Below, in pieces: positions 1 to 12,270 of a stretch of DNA of 64,000 nt. The notes beneath the pieces were generated by a model. It had not been told where the DNA came from. It did not search any database and was given only the letters and a program-made list of their open reading frames with translations. Made by a program: the position numbers and the translations under genes. Numbering within the stretch: position 1 is the first letter of the stretch; each line of letters starts with the position of its first letter. Source of the stretch: Girardia tigrina (Eukaryota). Where the stretch lies: contig MQRK01234846.1 of NCBI GenBank assembly GCA_001938485.1, positions 1 through 64,000 on the forward strand. The letters are read 5' to 3'.

Positions 1-1
1 T

Positions 2-307
2 CAACAAGCCAAGAATGAGCTGCAAGCTATTTTTAAGACCAGTCGTGTTGAGGCTGACGTCCAAGATGGAAAGACGATAATCAGAAATGACACCAGTCAA
101 AGAGAGTCTCCTGATTTTGTTACCTCGCATCAAATTTCGCTGCTTCTTCCAACAAATAAATTTCAAGAGACTATTGAACAACAAGAATGGCTGGACTTTA
201 AGTCAAAACTTGAAATTCAGAAGGAGATTCGTGACCGTTTACAGTTCCGATTTATCACAACTGGTCAGGGTGAAGAATTTGTTAATCTATCAGATTCGGA
301 TGATTAG
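2..307 (+). CDS. 3' end of an unidentified ORF entering from the left edge (QQAKNELQAIF...FVNLSDSDD*), probably TE-derived
   Basis: Stop-free frame for about 100 codons from position 2 to TAG 305-307. It is absent from the ORF track because it has no start codon. No recognisable motif. Confidence 0.3.
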   Translation, partial: QQAKNELQAIFKTSRVEADVQDGKTIIRNDTSQRESPDFVTSHQISLLLPTNKFQETIEQQEWLDFKSKLEIQKEIRDRLQFRFITTGQGEEFVNLSDSDD

Positions 308-839
308 GGACGATGGGTGGATTGCTTTGATTAGTCTTTTCTTTTGTTATATTTTAATAAACAATGTAAACATATAATTTGTTCATGTTCTTTTAACTTA
401 AATCTCTGATGAGAAAATGATAAACTTATAATAAGAAATATAGTAANNNNNNNNNNNNNNNNNNNNNNNNNNNNNNNNNNNNNNNNNNNNNNNNNNNNNN
501 NNNNNNNNNNNNNNNNNNNNNNNNNNNNNNNNNNNNNNNNNNNNNNNNNNNNNNNNNNNNNNNNNNNNNNNNNNNNNNNNNNNNNNNNNNNNNNNNNNNN
601 NNNNNNNNNNNNNNNNNNNNNNNNNNNNNNNNNNNNNNNNNNNNNNNGTTGATGGGGTACGATATGGATCTCTAATAAGTGTGAGTTAGAGACACTTAGA
701 GGAGAGACATATCTAAATAATATGTTGGGTCAAAATAAACTAAGATGCTAAAGCATAACATGAAACACAAATTTGAATTAATAAAAAAAAATAATAATAT
801 AAAATCCAGCATTAATAATATCACACCCAACAGAACTCA

Positions 840-1250
840 GAGCGTTATGTGGAATTTGTTCGTTCAACTGGGGAAAATGGCGACATGTTTGCAGACATCC
901 CAAAAAGCTCACGGAATTGTTGTGGCAACACAATAACGCACGCCCTCACACATCAAAAGAAACAATGGAATTCTTTCATCATTGTGGAGTGACACTCATC
1001 AAACAAAGCCCATATAGCCCTGACATGAATCAGTGTGATCGATGGGTGTTCAAGCACCTGAAACATTCATTTCGAGGGTAGAAATTCGTGGACGGTGATG
1101 AGGTGAAAGGAAGAGCGGTGAAGGTGTTCCGCGGTCTCCCTGAAGAGAAGTTTCGTCAAGAATTTTTATCATTGTATGAACATTGCAAACTAGTTTTAAT
1201 TAATCATGGAAATTATTTAGTTTAAATATAATATAGTGTTTCCGAATTTT
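840..1250 (+). mobile_element. Mariner transposase C-terminal relic
   Basis: Manual translation LLWQHNNARPH...QSPYSPDMNQCDRWVFKHLK...NHGNYLV* (stop 1223-1225). Matches the mariner HDNARPH and YSPDL motifs; one internal stop. Confidence 0.85.
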
Positions 1251-1254
1251 CAGG

Positions 1255-1900
1255 AAGAAGGGAGCATCTGGGCCCATAGAGATGCTCTGAGATGGTCAAT
1301 AATGTCTTTGATCGCACTCGAGCGCTTTTCATTTATCAAATTGTCGTACTGATTAATGACAAATCCCTTCGAACTCCAGGATACACAAAACGCATTCGAT
1401 TTCTAATTTATAATATCGATTTTGTTTTCTTTCACACAACACAGTGAGACCGTATCGTTCAAAACCACCAAAAACGACTCTTTCTCATTTGGATGCCACC
1501 GCAAATCGACCAACTGCCTCTCGGGATTCGCTTTATATTCATAAAAATTCGATTCTCCACTCTCCATCAGTGATCTCTCGACACGGAACAACCCGACAGT
1601 CGTGAATCGACCATCATCGGTCACCAAGGTAACCAGCAGAATCGATCCAGGCGACACTCAACCGGAATTTGATAGAGAAAATCGGATCGACACTCACGAG
1701 CGCCTCCCTCAAGTCAACCAATTCAATACTCGCTCTCTCGCACGAGGAGACACTGCAGAAATCCACATCGTTGCCGGCGATCGACGCCAGTAATCCGGCC
1801 CGACAATCGATTGCATTAGATCTGATATTTTTCGTGCATTTAGTCGATGACGGTTTGAATGGATGAAGTGTTTGAAAATTAACGTTTATCGAATTCGATT
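1255..1900 (-). pseudogene. WD40-type gene fragment, possibly EDC4/Ge-1/VARICOSE-like N-terminal propeller
   Basis: ORFs 1614-2195 and 1403-1657 give AIDCRAGLLAS..FCSVSSCER..LVTLVTDDGRF..LRWHPNEKESFLVV, reminiscent of the EDC4/VCS WD40 region. Possible tiny introns (gtgagt donor near 1697; ~33-nt gt..ag near 1403-1437). Confidence 0.3.
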
Positions 1901-3044
1901 TGTCATTAAATCTTTGTAATCTGTCATAGAATACTTTAACCATTTCAGTATTGATTTTCGAATTGATTGATTCACATTTCGCCTTGTAAAAACCAATCTT
2001 ATTGGAATAATTCTCTATTCGCGGATCACATAGAAACACTGCGCCGTTTATTTGATTATTTCTATTCAAATTTCGATCTAAAATCAATTCGAGTTTGATA
2101 ATATCGACGAGAAGAATCGGCGTATCAAAAGTCGCATCATTTAATGTTTTTGTAATTTTAATATTTGCGGTCTTTTTTACCATCGCGATTAGCATAATTC
2201 AGCATCCAGAAAAGAAATTAACTCTTTAATCAATTTAAAACGATATTCAGTCACGTATCGAATTTATTTTCATCAATCAAAAACTCTATCGTATTTACAG
2301 GTTCATTAATTTAATTCAGCAAAAGAAAACTCAAGGTCATTTCACACTAAATTTACACTTATTTTTTCAATAACTAAAATCAAAATTACAATTCAAATTG
2401 TTCAATTTCCATCGAATAATTTTCAAAATGACAAAAAAATAATGAATTAATTTTCCATTTCAATTTGATTTGATTTTCTCCAATTTGTAACGAATATATA
2501 ATAATGATAATAAATAATTTAAAAAACAAAAATTTAATAATTAAAATGTTCGCATCCCGAACATATAGAATTGTTTGAAATTTTTCATAGAAGTCAGTTT
2601 TTTTAAACAATTCCGGGAACTTATTAGACAGCCCATATACAGGTAGTTCGTGACCGGTGAGGTTCAAAGAATCGATTTAACATTTACAATTTTGTGAAAG
2701 ACCATAGATAAGGTCTATCGAAAAGAAAATTGAATTCGGATATATAATAATGACAGAAAGTTTTTTTTACAAAATTACGTAATTTTGGGTCAAATAAGGT
2801 GTCATTTAAAGATAATGAAAAGACGAATAAATTCTTTCAAGAATAGTTTATTCCAACGTCAACAGTTAGCGAGTTATTACGTAAAAATTGAAATATAATT
2901 CAAATTAAAAAATTACAAATTTTATTAATTAAAAATAAATATAAAATCAATTAAATAAGTTTTGAAATGATTTTTTAATTAAATAATATTAATAATAATA
3001 TTTTAATATAATTGAAAACAAAACTCATCCATTTAAAATATATT

Positions 3045-3480
3045 TAGAGACAATATATCTCGACGGATCAACCGTATTCTTCAGGTCACTAATTAATAAT
3101 CAATTCACCTGTATATAAATATAAAAATGATGATTATATAATCGATTGCATGAAATCATGCTAATCAAAATTCTCAATAAGCTGGTTGAGACTGCCGATT
3201 GAACATTGATTTTAGGGCAACGTGACCTAATTAACAATGCTTCACACGACACTCTCTCCCAATAACTGTCAAAATGCTTACACAGAATTTTGAAATTATC
3301 AAAATTAACATCACATTTACATTTTCCCCTATGTTCTGCAATATTACTCTTACTCTCTTTTCGACCATGTTTTTGAATTCGTTTATAGAGATGACGGGCG
3401 GTATCTCCAATGTATGTGGCATCGCATCCATTACATTTATATTCATAAACAATATCAGATCAAAGTGTTAAAGGTGTAAT
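3045..3480 (-). mobile_element. Penelope-like element 3' end: GIY-YIG endonuclease and hammerhead-like motif
   Basis: Minus-strand translation DIVYEYKCNGCDATYIGDTARHLYKRI..SNIAEH..DNFKIL..WERVSCEALLIRSRCPKINVQ (one frameshift). Followed downstream by a CTGAAGA..GAGA core. Confidence 0.85.
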
Positions 3481-3922
3481 AGATTTATTACTGAACATAT
3501 TTTGAATTTTATAAGATCGGGATATAATTGATCATGATATATAGAAATTGAAGTATCATTAGATGTTAATAATATGCCTAAATATTGCTTAACTGTACCT
3601 TACTCTGAAGGATTTAAAAACTTTAAAAATGCATTGTTAAAAGCAACTAACAATTAAATATATTTTCTAATGGATGAGTGTTGTTTTCAATAAAAATTTA
3701 TCATCCGGATTTCATTTTTATATAATTGTATTTAATAATATTGATATGATATAATTGTAGGAAACCCAACTTCGAAAAAGAAAAAAAATATACAACACAC
3801 AATACACCATTCAAAATATTTCTCACTCTAATCGCATATGCTTCCGTCTTTTGTTAGAATCTATTATTATTCTTAATTATATGATTTATCATTTAACTTT
3901 TTACGTTACAGTTATTTTAGAT

Positions 3923-4066
3923 AAAAATACTTATTTGCACAAATTAAGACTGCTTTAGACGATTTATGAATACTGACTAAGTTAAAGTATTGTAAAAATA
4001 CTTATTTGCACAAATTAAGACTGCTTTAGACGATTTATGAATACTGACTAAGTTAAAGTATTGTAT
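3923..4066. repeat. Direct tandem duplication of about 72 bp
   Basis: aaaaatacttatttgcac...aaagtattgta occurs twice in tandem. Confidence 0.9.
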
Positions 4067-4266
4067 CTAAAGTATTGTAGCTTCAAACAGTTAATAATTG
4101 TATAAGCTAAAAAAAATATTAACATGTTATGAAAATTTTTGTACTGAGTTATTGAAGACTTCAAAGTATTTTTTAACCAGCCTTCTCTCTAAGGCTTAAA
4201 ATTCTGTATTTCTAGTAAAAATTAGAAATATCTTTAATGTTTAGAAATTAAAAAAAAATATTTTAG

Positions 4267-4535
4267 CAAATGATTGAATCAGGTGAAGCAATGAAATGTC
4301 CAGGTTGTGGTATATTGGTACAAAAAACCAAAGGTTGTGACGGTGTGACATGTAAAAGTTGTGGTATTATGATGTGTTGGGCAACAAAAGGCCCTCGATG
4401 GGGACCTAAAGTTATTTTATTATTTTTAAATTTGATTTATGTTTAATATAGGGCAAGGGTGACACTAGTGGTGGTTGTGGCTGTCGATATTTCTTCGGTA
4501 AAAAGTGTCATCCAAATTGTCACTATTGTCATTGA
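4267..4535 (+). CDS. RBCK1: HOIL-1L/RBCK1-like RBR E3 ligase, copy 1, last two exons (4267-4410, 4452-4535): RING2/Rcat and Cys-rich C-terminal tail
   Basis: Spliced translation QMIESGEAMKCPGCGILVQKTKGCDGVTCKSCGIMMCWATKGPRWGPK|GKGDTSGGCGCRYFFGKKCHPNCHYCH*. TKGPRWGP, GDTSGGC and CHP..CH are diagnostic of HOIL-1L. 41-nt GT-AG intron. Confidence 0.93.
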
Positions 4536-5026
4536 TATAACAATATCAGATGAAACATTATTAATTAAAAATTTTTGCAGTGTTGTGATTATATTTATTT
4601 ATTTGATACTTTTAAATTTGCTTTGATTTACTACTTTCTAAAATGGTTAAAACTGAAATTAAATTCGTCATATAAAATGAAAATTGTGAATGACACTTTG
4701 AGATTTGTATTTTAAAATCAAAATTATCGTTTTGTTAAACTTTTATTCAATATGATTTGTATCAATTCTAAGGTTCTTTCACTTAATAAAGGCTAGAATT
4801 GCTATATATAAATGAAAAGTGTATTTCTAAAATTAATATATTGACAAATAACAAAAGTAATTCTGAATTCAAAATGACTAGAAAGGAAAATCACTTTGTA
4901 CTATGTTGGTATATGAGTGGCAGTCAGAAATTGACAAAAAATAAGCCTCATTTTTCGAATAGTACAATTTGATATCGTTTTGTTGTATTTTCGTTTCTAA
5001 TTAAAATATTTATATGATTTATCTAT

Positions 5027-5782
5027 GGGAGCAGACCTTTTTGGTATCACTGTTTTGGTCCCATCTATTTTTGTACCGCCGTTTTGGCATTTTTAAATTT
5101 ATAAAATGTTTACCAGTAGTAAGTATGATCTGTTATGCCGAATTCGTGTATTCGACAACTTATTTGCAAATTTAGGCAGAAATAGGCAAATGTTTTTCCG
5201 AATTAGGCAAAATTTTTGCCGAATTCACGAACTCGGCAATTTTTTAAAAAACTTTATTAATTCAATTATGAAAAAAATATGTATTTAAAATATTCAAATA
5301 TGAAAAAATATATTTTTAATATGTAAAATTATCAAATTCATATGAAAAAATATAAATTACATTTGACAAAAATCTTAATTTATTATGCAAAATAGACTCC
5401 AAATGTAATTTTTTTATTAATAGTTATTTAAAATTCTTCCTTGATGGTAAGTTGAATTGCAAAGGAATGTATTTTAAAAAAACATTTTTTATATTAAATT
5501 GATAATTTTTCATATTAAAAACATGTTTTTTCATATTTGAATATTTTAAATACATATTTTTTTCATAATTGTTTTACAATTTTTTTTAAAAATTACAGAG
5601 TTCTTGAATTTGGCAAAAATTTAGCCTAATTCGGAAAAAAACATTTGCCTATTTCTGCCTAATTTTGCAAATAAATTGACGAAAACGCGAATTCGGCGTA
5701 ACAGATCATACTTACTACAGCTAAACATTTTATAAATAAATTTACCAAGGACCAAACGGCGGTACCAAAATGGTATGTTCCC
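5027..5782. mobile_element. Non-autonomous MULE-like foldback element
   Basis: GGGA...TCCC ends, 9-bp TSD tttatctat (5018-5026 / 5783-5791), long internal inverted repeat (about 5098-5330 vs 5520-5736). Confidence 0.8.
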
Positions 5783-6229
5783 TTTATCTATATATTTAGA
5801 ATCAAATTTTTTTTGTTATTTTTATCGGTGAAGAATTAAGTTTAAAAAAGACTAATTATATGATAATCAAGGTGCTGGCCCTGAGCCGATCGATTTTGGT
5901 CAGCATCTCTTTATCGTTTGGGAAGTTGCGGGCGAGGAGGTCGAACGGTCGCTATGAACTACTTGGCGCTTCTATAAGTGTCGAATTCTTGTCCCGTCTC
6001 TCCGGCTCTATTGCAGTTGCTGCCGCTCGGAATGGCGGTTAGTGTGACCGGCTCGTCAGCCGGTGACCCGAATGTACAGCCGTAATATGTATGTATGTGT
6101 AAGAATGTGTACCGTAACATGCCGGTAATATAATTGGAAGAAATCATATTTCAAATCGGTGAAAGTAGACACGAACAGAAGTCGATTTGACAATCATTTA
6201 TTTTTAATTCACATTCAATAATACTTTAA

Positions 6230-8500
6230 TTTAAATTTTTACACATCAGTCTGACAACATTTAAATAAGTGTTTTCTTTTTTTAATTTTTTCTTTTTAAA
6301 TTTTGTCAATCGTTTTTTGTGTTACCACATGAGCCCCCACTGAAGAATGTGGAGCATGGTGAGATGGTATTTGATCGACTGTAGTTGCTGGTCGTTGTCA
6401 TACACTTGTTAGGAATTAAAAATGCTATGAAAAATTTTGAAAGAAGGTTATATTAAATATGTACAAATTAAAATTTTTATATAATTAAATATGTAACGTT
6501 TGAAAAAATAAAATTACTAAAATTAAGAAGAACAATTAAATTACTAATAATAAAATTTTTTGAGAGTTTTTAATATAATATAAAAAGTAAAATGTATAAT
6601 TTTTATGTGGATCGATTTTAAAAAAAATAATAAAATTAAATGAAACGATTAAATATTTTAAAATGTTATCGTAATTTAAAATTGATTTTTAAAAGTAATG
6701 AAAAAATCAAATATGAATATTTATAAGTATTTTTATTTATATCGGTTTAAGATTTATAAAACAAATTGTTTCTCAAAAAAAGGTGTGTTTAAATATTAGC
6801 TTTAAACATTTTTTGTGTAGTATAATAAAAGTTTTGATGTCAGAAATATCTCATAGTAATAATTCCGACGATGTCCCTAGAACCTCTAATAACACTATTT
6901 GACATAACTCAGTTAAATTGCGACATATGTTGTTTTTTTATTGTTTTTGGTGTGTGTACAGTTGTTTTACTGTATTGCGCGTGTGTGGTGGCGGTTCCCG
7001 TGCTATCGGGATGGTGGGAGGCATGATCGGAGGAAAGTTCCTGTGCTGGAGTTCTTGAGGTATTATGTAGCTCCTAGTGGGATTCTGTTACTCGTTCGTC
7101 CATTCTGGGCTGCCCATGTCTTGATAGTAAGTATGAGGAGGTCGTGTTCACTGACATGGAGGTCATTTCTGGTGGAGTTCTTTTAGATGGTGATGAAATT
7201 GCGGTCATTGTTGTCATAAACGCTCTCAGCATGGCTTTCTTTGTTGTCCTTGTTGTTGATGGTGTGGACGTGCTGTTTCTTATCATCGACAGGCTGTGTT
7301 TTGTTATCTCTCTCGGTGATAATATCATTGTTGATAGTGATGGTGATGTGGTTATCAACGTCGGCGTATCAGTGTTCTCGTGTTGGCGGTGGGTGTTGTT
7401 CGTGAAGTCACCGTACGGAGTGTCATGGTTGGTGTAACTGTGGCTGCTGTCGTGATCGCTGCAGCTGTGATTGTGATTGTCATCGATGCGCTGAAATTGA
7501 TGCACTTGTCGGGAGTTTTTCTTTGTATATGATTGTGGTATTTGCAGTGATTGATGTGACTTTGGTTGTTTTGGTGGATGGTGTGGCGGTGTGTAACTAT
7601 ATGACGTTCAAATCTGCAAACGTAGCAGCAATTGATCTCACCTACGTCATTTGCTTCTGCCATGAGGGATGTAACTAGTTTTTTGGTCGTGGTGCATGTA
7701 TCCGGGCATACAGTTCTTCTCGTCGATCCCAAATTTTGCGTGCCAGATGTCCACGTCATTAGTCTGTAGCTCTGATCGATCCCTAAAAAGATGAACCCTA
7801 GTTGGCATTTCCTAGCTGATTTGCCAAACCGACGGTGGACACAGTGAGACACCCTTTAGTAACGGAGAAGACGGTGGTGTTTGTAAGTAGTGTTTATGTC
7901 ACATTCATTATTATCAAATTCAGAACTCATAATTTCACACCACAATATTTATTATAACAACAATTCACATATTTAAATAAATTTTTTTGTTAATTCAATT
8001 ATCTCGCAACAATTAATCTATTAAATTCTTATCTATTCAATAATTAAAATTTAGCAAATTTTAAACTTTAAATTTATTAAATAATTTTCACATTAAAACT
8101 AAACATTGTTTCATAACTTATATTAAAATATATAAATTGTTATGACTGTAAAAATATTTTTATTTATAAATAAGTATTTAATCTTAATTGGTTTTTTTAA
8201 CTTTAAGATATTTAATAGATACATTAAAAAACATTTTTTTATTTTTAAATAAGTATTTGATTTTTTAATAATTTGCTTTATTATATCATTTTTAATTTTA
8301 AAATATTTAATAAGCATAATAATTTAAAAATATTTTAACTTTTAAATTAAAAGAATAATAAATTATTTTGGCTAAATGCAAATTTAATTTAACCCCCATA
8401 GTGTTGTTGATATTCTGTTTTGATGTTAAGTGGCTAGTGTCTACCCCGTACGATTTTGTGAGCCATGAGCCGCAACGTGGTTGAGTTATGGAGAGTCCTC
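6230..8500 (-). mobile_element. 3' region of an LTR retrotransposon (PPT, LTR start, Thr/His-rich low-complexity region), interrupted by a solo LTR
   Basis: accacatgagcccccactgaagaatg..agcatggt (about 6324-6360) matches the PPT/LTR junction at 17780-17815. GC-richer 6940-7880 encodes a T/H/N-rich ORF (7074-7505). Confidence 0.55.
7882..8400 (-). mobile_element. Solo LTR, TA...CA family, copy A
   Basis: tgtaagtag...aacccccata flanked by 5-bp TSD gtgtt; homologous to copies at 14315, 38320 and 58539. Confidence 0.85.
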
Positions 8501-9989
8501 ATGTGATTATTTTAATTTTTTACTTATATTTAATTATTTTAAACTTATTTAATTTAATTAATAACTTTATTATTTATTTAATTTACTTACTTATTTAATT
8601 TTTTTAATTAATTATATAAACTTATTTATTTGTTCATTTTACTTTCATTATATTCAAAACTGGTAAAATGTTCAGTCAAAAATTTTATTTTCCGCTCCAT
8701 AAGGTATTTGTTGCACATGTGTCATCATTAAATTCGACTGGGCGAGAAAGGCCTTGTCGTCTCTATCCAACTGCGAATCAAACTGCTATAGTAATACGAA
8801 CATCCAAGTAGTACAAAGAGTAGAAACAGAAAAACGTACTGTACCTTTGAACTTGAATGAGCAAAATGATAAGTCATTGTCTGTCGGTGTAACTAATGAG
8901 GACTGTCCAAGAATAATTATTAGTGTGGGGCTGAGTTTTCCGTTGGATAAAATAACGGATAAGTGAATGTTTCATTACCCATTTCTTTGTTGAATACGTG
9001 CGTTTATGTAGCCAAAAGCCTTAAGAATCAAGGAACGAAGGAACATGACTGGTCATTTCTCGGAGTGAAATCAAAGCATGTCTGTGCATTGATAGCTCGA
9101 ACATTTGAAGCCGCGTGATAGGATCACAAAACTTTGTATTTGTCAAATCATTTCTATCCGATATAGAGTCTATGATTCACTACCCTGAGCGCCAATACTG
9201 AGCATTATTTGTAATACACATTTAGGCCAAAATGGAAAGAACCAAAATATTAAAAGACTGAAAACCCTGACTGAATTACGGAGACATAATTATGTAATGA
9301 GTAGCTCAATATGGCATAAAAGCCTCCACCATGGTTGTGACGGATGACTGTCGATCGGTCTAAACAATTTTATTTTGTAATATTCCTACCCATAGGGTAT
9401 TCGAATTTTCAATAGGTTTTCAAAAATTAAATATCGAGAAGTAATAGTTTCAAAAAAGAAATATTTTAATCATTCAAATACTAATTTATAGTATCGCAAG
9501 TTTTAATAATTAGTAATTAACATCTTAACATTCATCATTCATACTCTATGTATTTACTGCATTTATTCTCAATTTCTGTTCAATCTTCGTCACATTTCTT
9601 TTTTAAATAAATATCATTACGGGACCCAAGAGAGAGTGTGTGACTCGTGGTCCCTGTCTCGGTCTAATTTTAATGGCATCAAATTTAGCTTTCAAGAAAT
9701 CTTGATTTCTTCGAAATCTTAAATATTTAATTCACTGAAAGGACCTTTTAATTTCAATTAAAACTAGACTTTTACTAAAATACGGTCAGTATTCATAATT
9801 ATTTGTGGTGAGTTTATCTTGTGTGGCTATTCGCGATTGACTGATTTTGATCCCGTGCTTGCCAGATAGGCGTTTTTCTATTTTAAAATTCTTAGAATTC
9901 TAGAAAATACTGATTTAGCTTTTTCAAAAACTAAAAAATATATTATTTTATTTTATTAATGAATGTTATAATTTTTATTTTATATTTAG

Positions 9990-10266
9990 CCTGATTTCCG
10001 TTGTTTTGACGGATCAATTCAACTGCGGAACATCACCTCGTTTCCCCCGTTTTCTGAATTCTCGTTGGTGTTTCCAAATTTCCTCAAGTAAAGATAATTC
10101 AGTGGCAATTATATCTTAATATTAATTGTTGTTTTTTATTTCAGACTCTCTCCACGTTCTTCCAATATCATTATCTTGGACTACCCGATAAATGAATGGG
10201 CTCCCTTAGATAATTATCAACTATTGTTGAAAATGAATATTGCATGTTTTCTCGTATTGTTTTCTG
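9990..10266 (+). CDS. Two putative exons (9990-10087, 10145-10266) of an unidentified gene or gene fragment
   Basis: AG/GT boundaries and a 57-nt intron give a continuous frame PDFRCFDGSIQLRNITSFPPF...KLSPRSSNIIILDYPINEWAPLDNYQLLLK. No homology recognised. Confidence 0.3.
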
Positions 10267-11770
10267 GTGAGTTCGATTTAAGGATCTAAGTGGCAATGAT
10301 TTGCGTTTTTTCAATAACAATAAATTTTTTAATATTTTTGATATTTTCTTCAGAATTTTAATTTTGATATATATTATAGATTATTTTCCCTTTCTTAATT
10401 ATTCTTCGATTTTTAATTATTTTTGAGATTTTTCGCACGTAAATCACTTGATTTGTATCGATTTTTTAATTACGAGGTGAGTTCAGATTCACAATTTTTT
10501 ATGTTTGTTTCAGGAATTTTCAAAATCGTTTCGAGATGTTTTCTGATTCTTGTTATTCTATAATTATTTTCTCATTTTCTCGTATTTGGTTTAGAATTTT
10601 ATTTAATCGATTTCAATGATTGTGGTACTCCGTCAAACGACCGAAATTAAGAAACTTCTGATTAAATGAATTAATGAAAAATAATTTTTGTACGCAATTT
10701 GAAATTTCAATAACTAAAAATATACTTCTTCTCAACCATATTTTTTATTTACTTTAAATAAAAAATGAAGGTGTTTCGCACAGATGTAAATCGACCGCAA
10801 CACCGACCCGAAACGACTGGTTTGCCAACGCCACCGCCTCACACACATGCAGCCACTGCAGGCTCACTTTCGGGTTGAGAGTCGGCGGGCTAGGTCGATC
10901 GCAAAGTGCATGGAACTGTCCTGGCGGCCACGAGAACGAGTTCGCGTTTTGAGAAGTCACGGCGAGTCGGACCGAGGACTGCTGTTCGTCGAAACGCCAA
11001 TCAGTGTCAGTCAGATCCGATACTTTCCGCACGAGAAATGGGTGCTGGCCTTCACTGCTCGATCCGGAGGCCAGCACTATAATGATTTATCATGATTCTG
11101 AGATTATTGAATTTTTATTATTTTTTTCGTTATATTCTGAACCTTGTGGAATGATTTTTTATTTTTGTGAAGAATATCTTTGATTTTTCACTATTTTTAA
11201 TAATATTTCAATCTCCTGGTTATGAATTATACTGATTGTTATTTTATTGTTTTAAATATCTTATCCTAATTATTTATTTGACTGAGTTTATAAATTTTTT
11301 AAATTCTTTCGCAACACTCTTGCTTCAAGAATTTTTGATTTGTTAAATTTACTACATTATCAACAAATTAGATAATTTTAATCTTAAGATAAATCATCAG
11401 AAGAAACAATATCTTTGGAATTTTTCGCAAATGTCCCTTTTATTTTGTTCTTCATTGATTAGTTAATTGATAATAGAAATAAATAATAAAATGCTTTTTT
11501 TCAAACTGTTAGATTTTGTTATTGTAATCGCTGATCTCATTTAGAAATATTATCTCCTTTTTAAGCCGTTAAATATTGCTAATCAATAATTGTTATTAGA
11601 CAATAACTTAATATCTAATTTCATAAAATTTATTAAAAAATTTTTTGCAAACAAAAATTTAAAAAACGTTGCATAATTAGAATGGAAAATATTTAAATAT
11701 CAAATACACAAGAAAAAATATAAAACACAAAATTTGAAATTCGAACAGATTTAGATTTGTTTAAATAATA

Positions 11771-11980
11771 ATGGAAGGTCTGCGAAAAATGAAATCGTTT
11801 CTTTCATTCGGAAAAGCGGATAGAAAAAAGATCAGGTGATAGTTAATTCACGAAATTAATAATGAGGTATTTCGTTATTGAAGATTGAATGTTGTTATCG
11901 ATAATCCGGAAAATACAATTGGAAAACAATTTTCAGTGAGAATTGCTTTAAAAGAGAATTTAGGCGATCTTCGCCTTCAA
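11771..11980 (+). CDS. RBCK1: HOIL-1L/RBCK1-like copy 2, exons 1-2 (11771-11835, 11884-11980): start and first half of UBL
   Basis: MEGLRKMKSFLSFGKADRKKIR|LNVVIDNPENTIGKQFSVRIALKENLGDLRLQ aligns by eye to the HOIL-1L UBL start (IRLWVSVED...TVASLK). 48-nt intron; phases consistent. Confidence 0.7.
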
Positions 11981-12270
11981 GTAACACGAAGAAAATAAAT
12001 TCATTTGTGTTTGGAAATTCTTTCGTATTTTATTCGTTTAGAAAAGTTTTTGGAAATTATTTTTTGTGTGCAATTTTTATCAGTATTAAAAAATTGAAAT
12101 TATTAAATCTAAATCACTGCAGTTTTTTCTTTAATGACTCGGGAAATAAATTTTATTTTTTTTATTTATATTTAGCTATATTTATTTATACGTTTTATAT
12201 ATTTTCAATTATCCTTTTTTTTAATATTTATTTTTACTTTTTATGTTTTTTTATTTATACTTTTTATATA

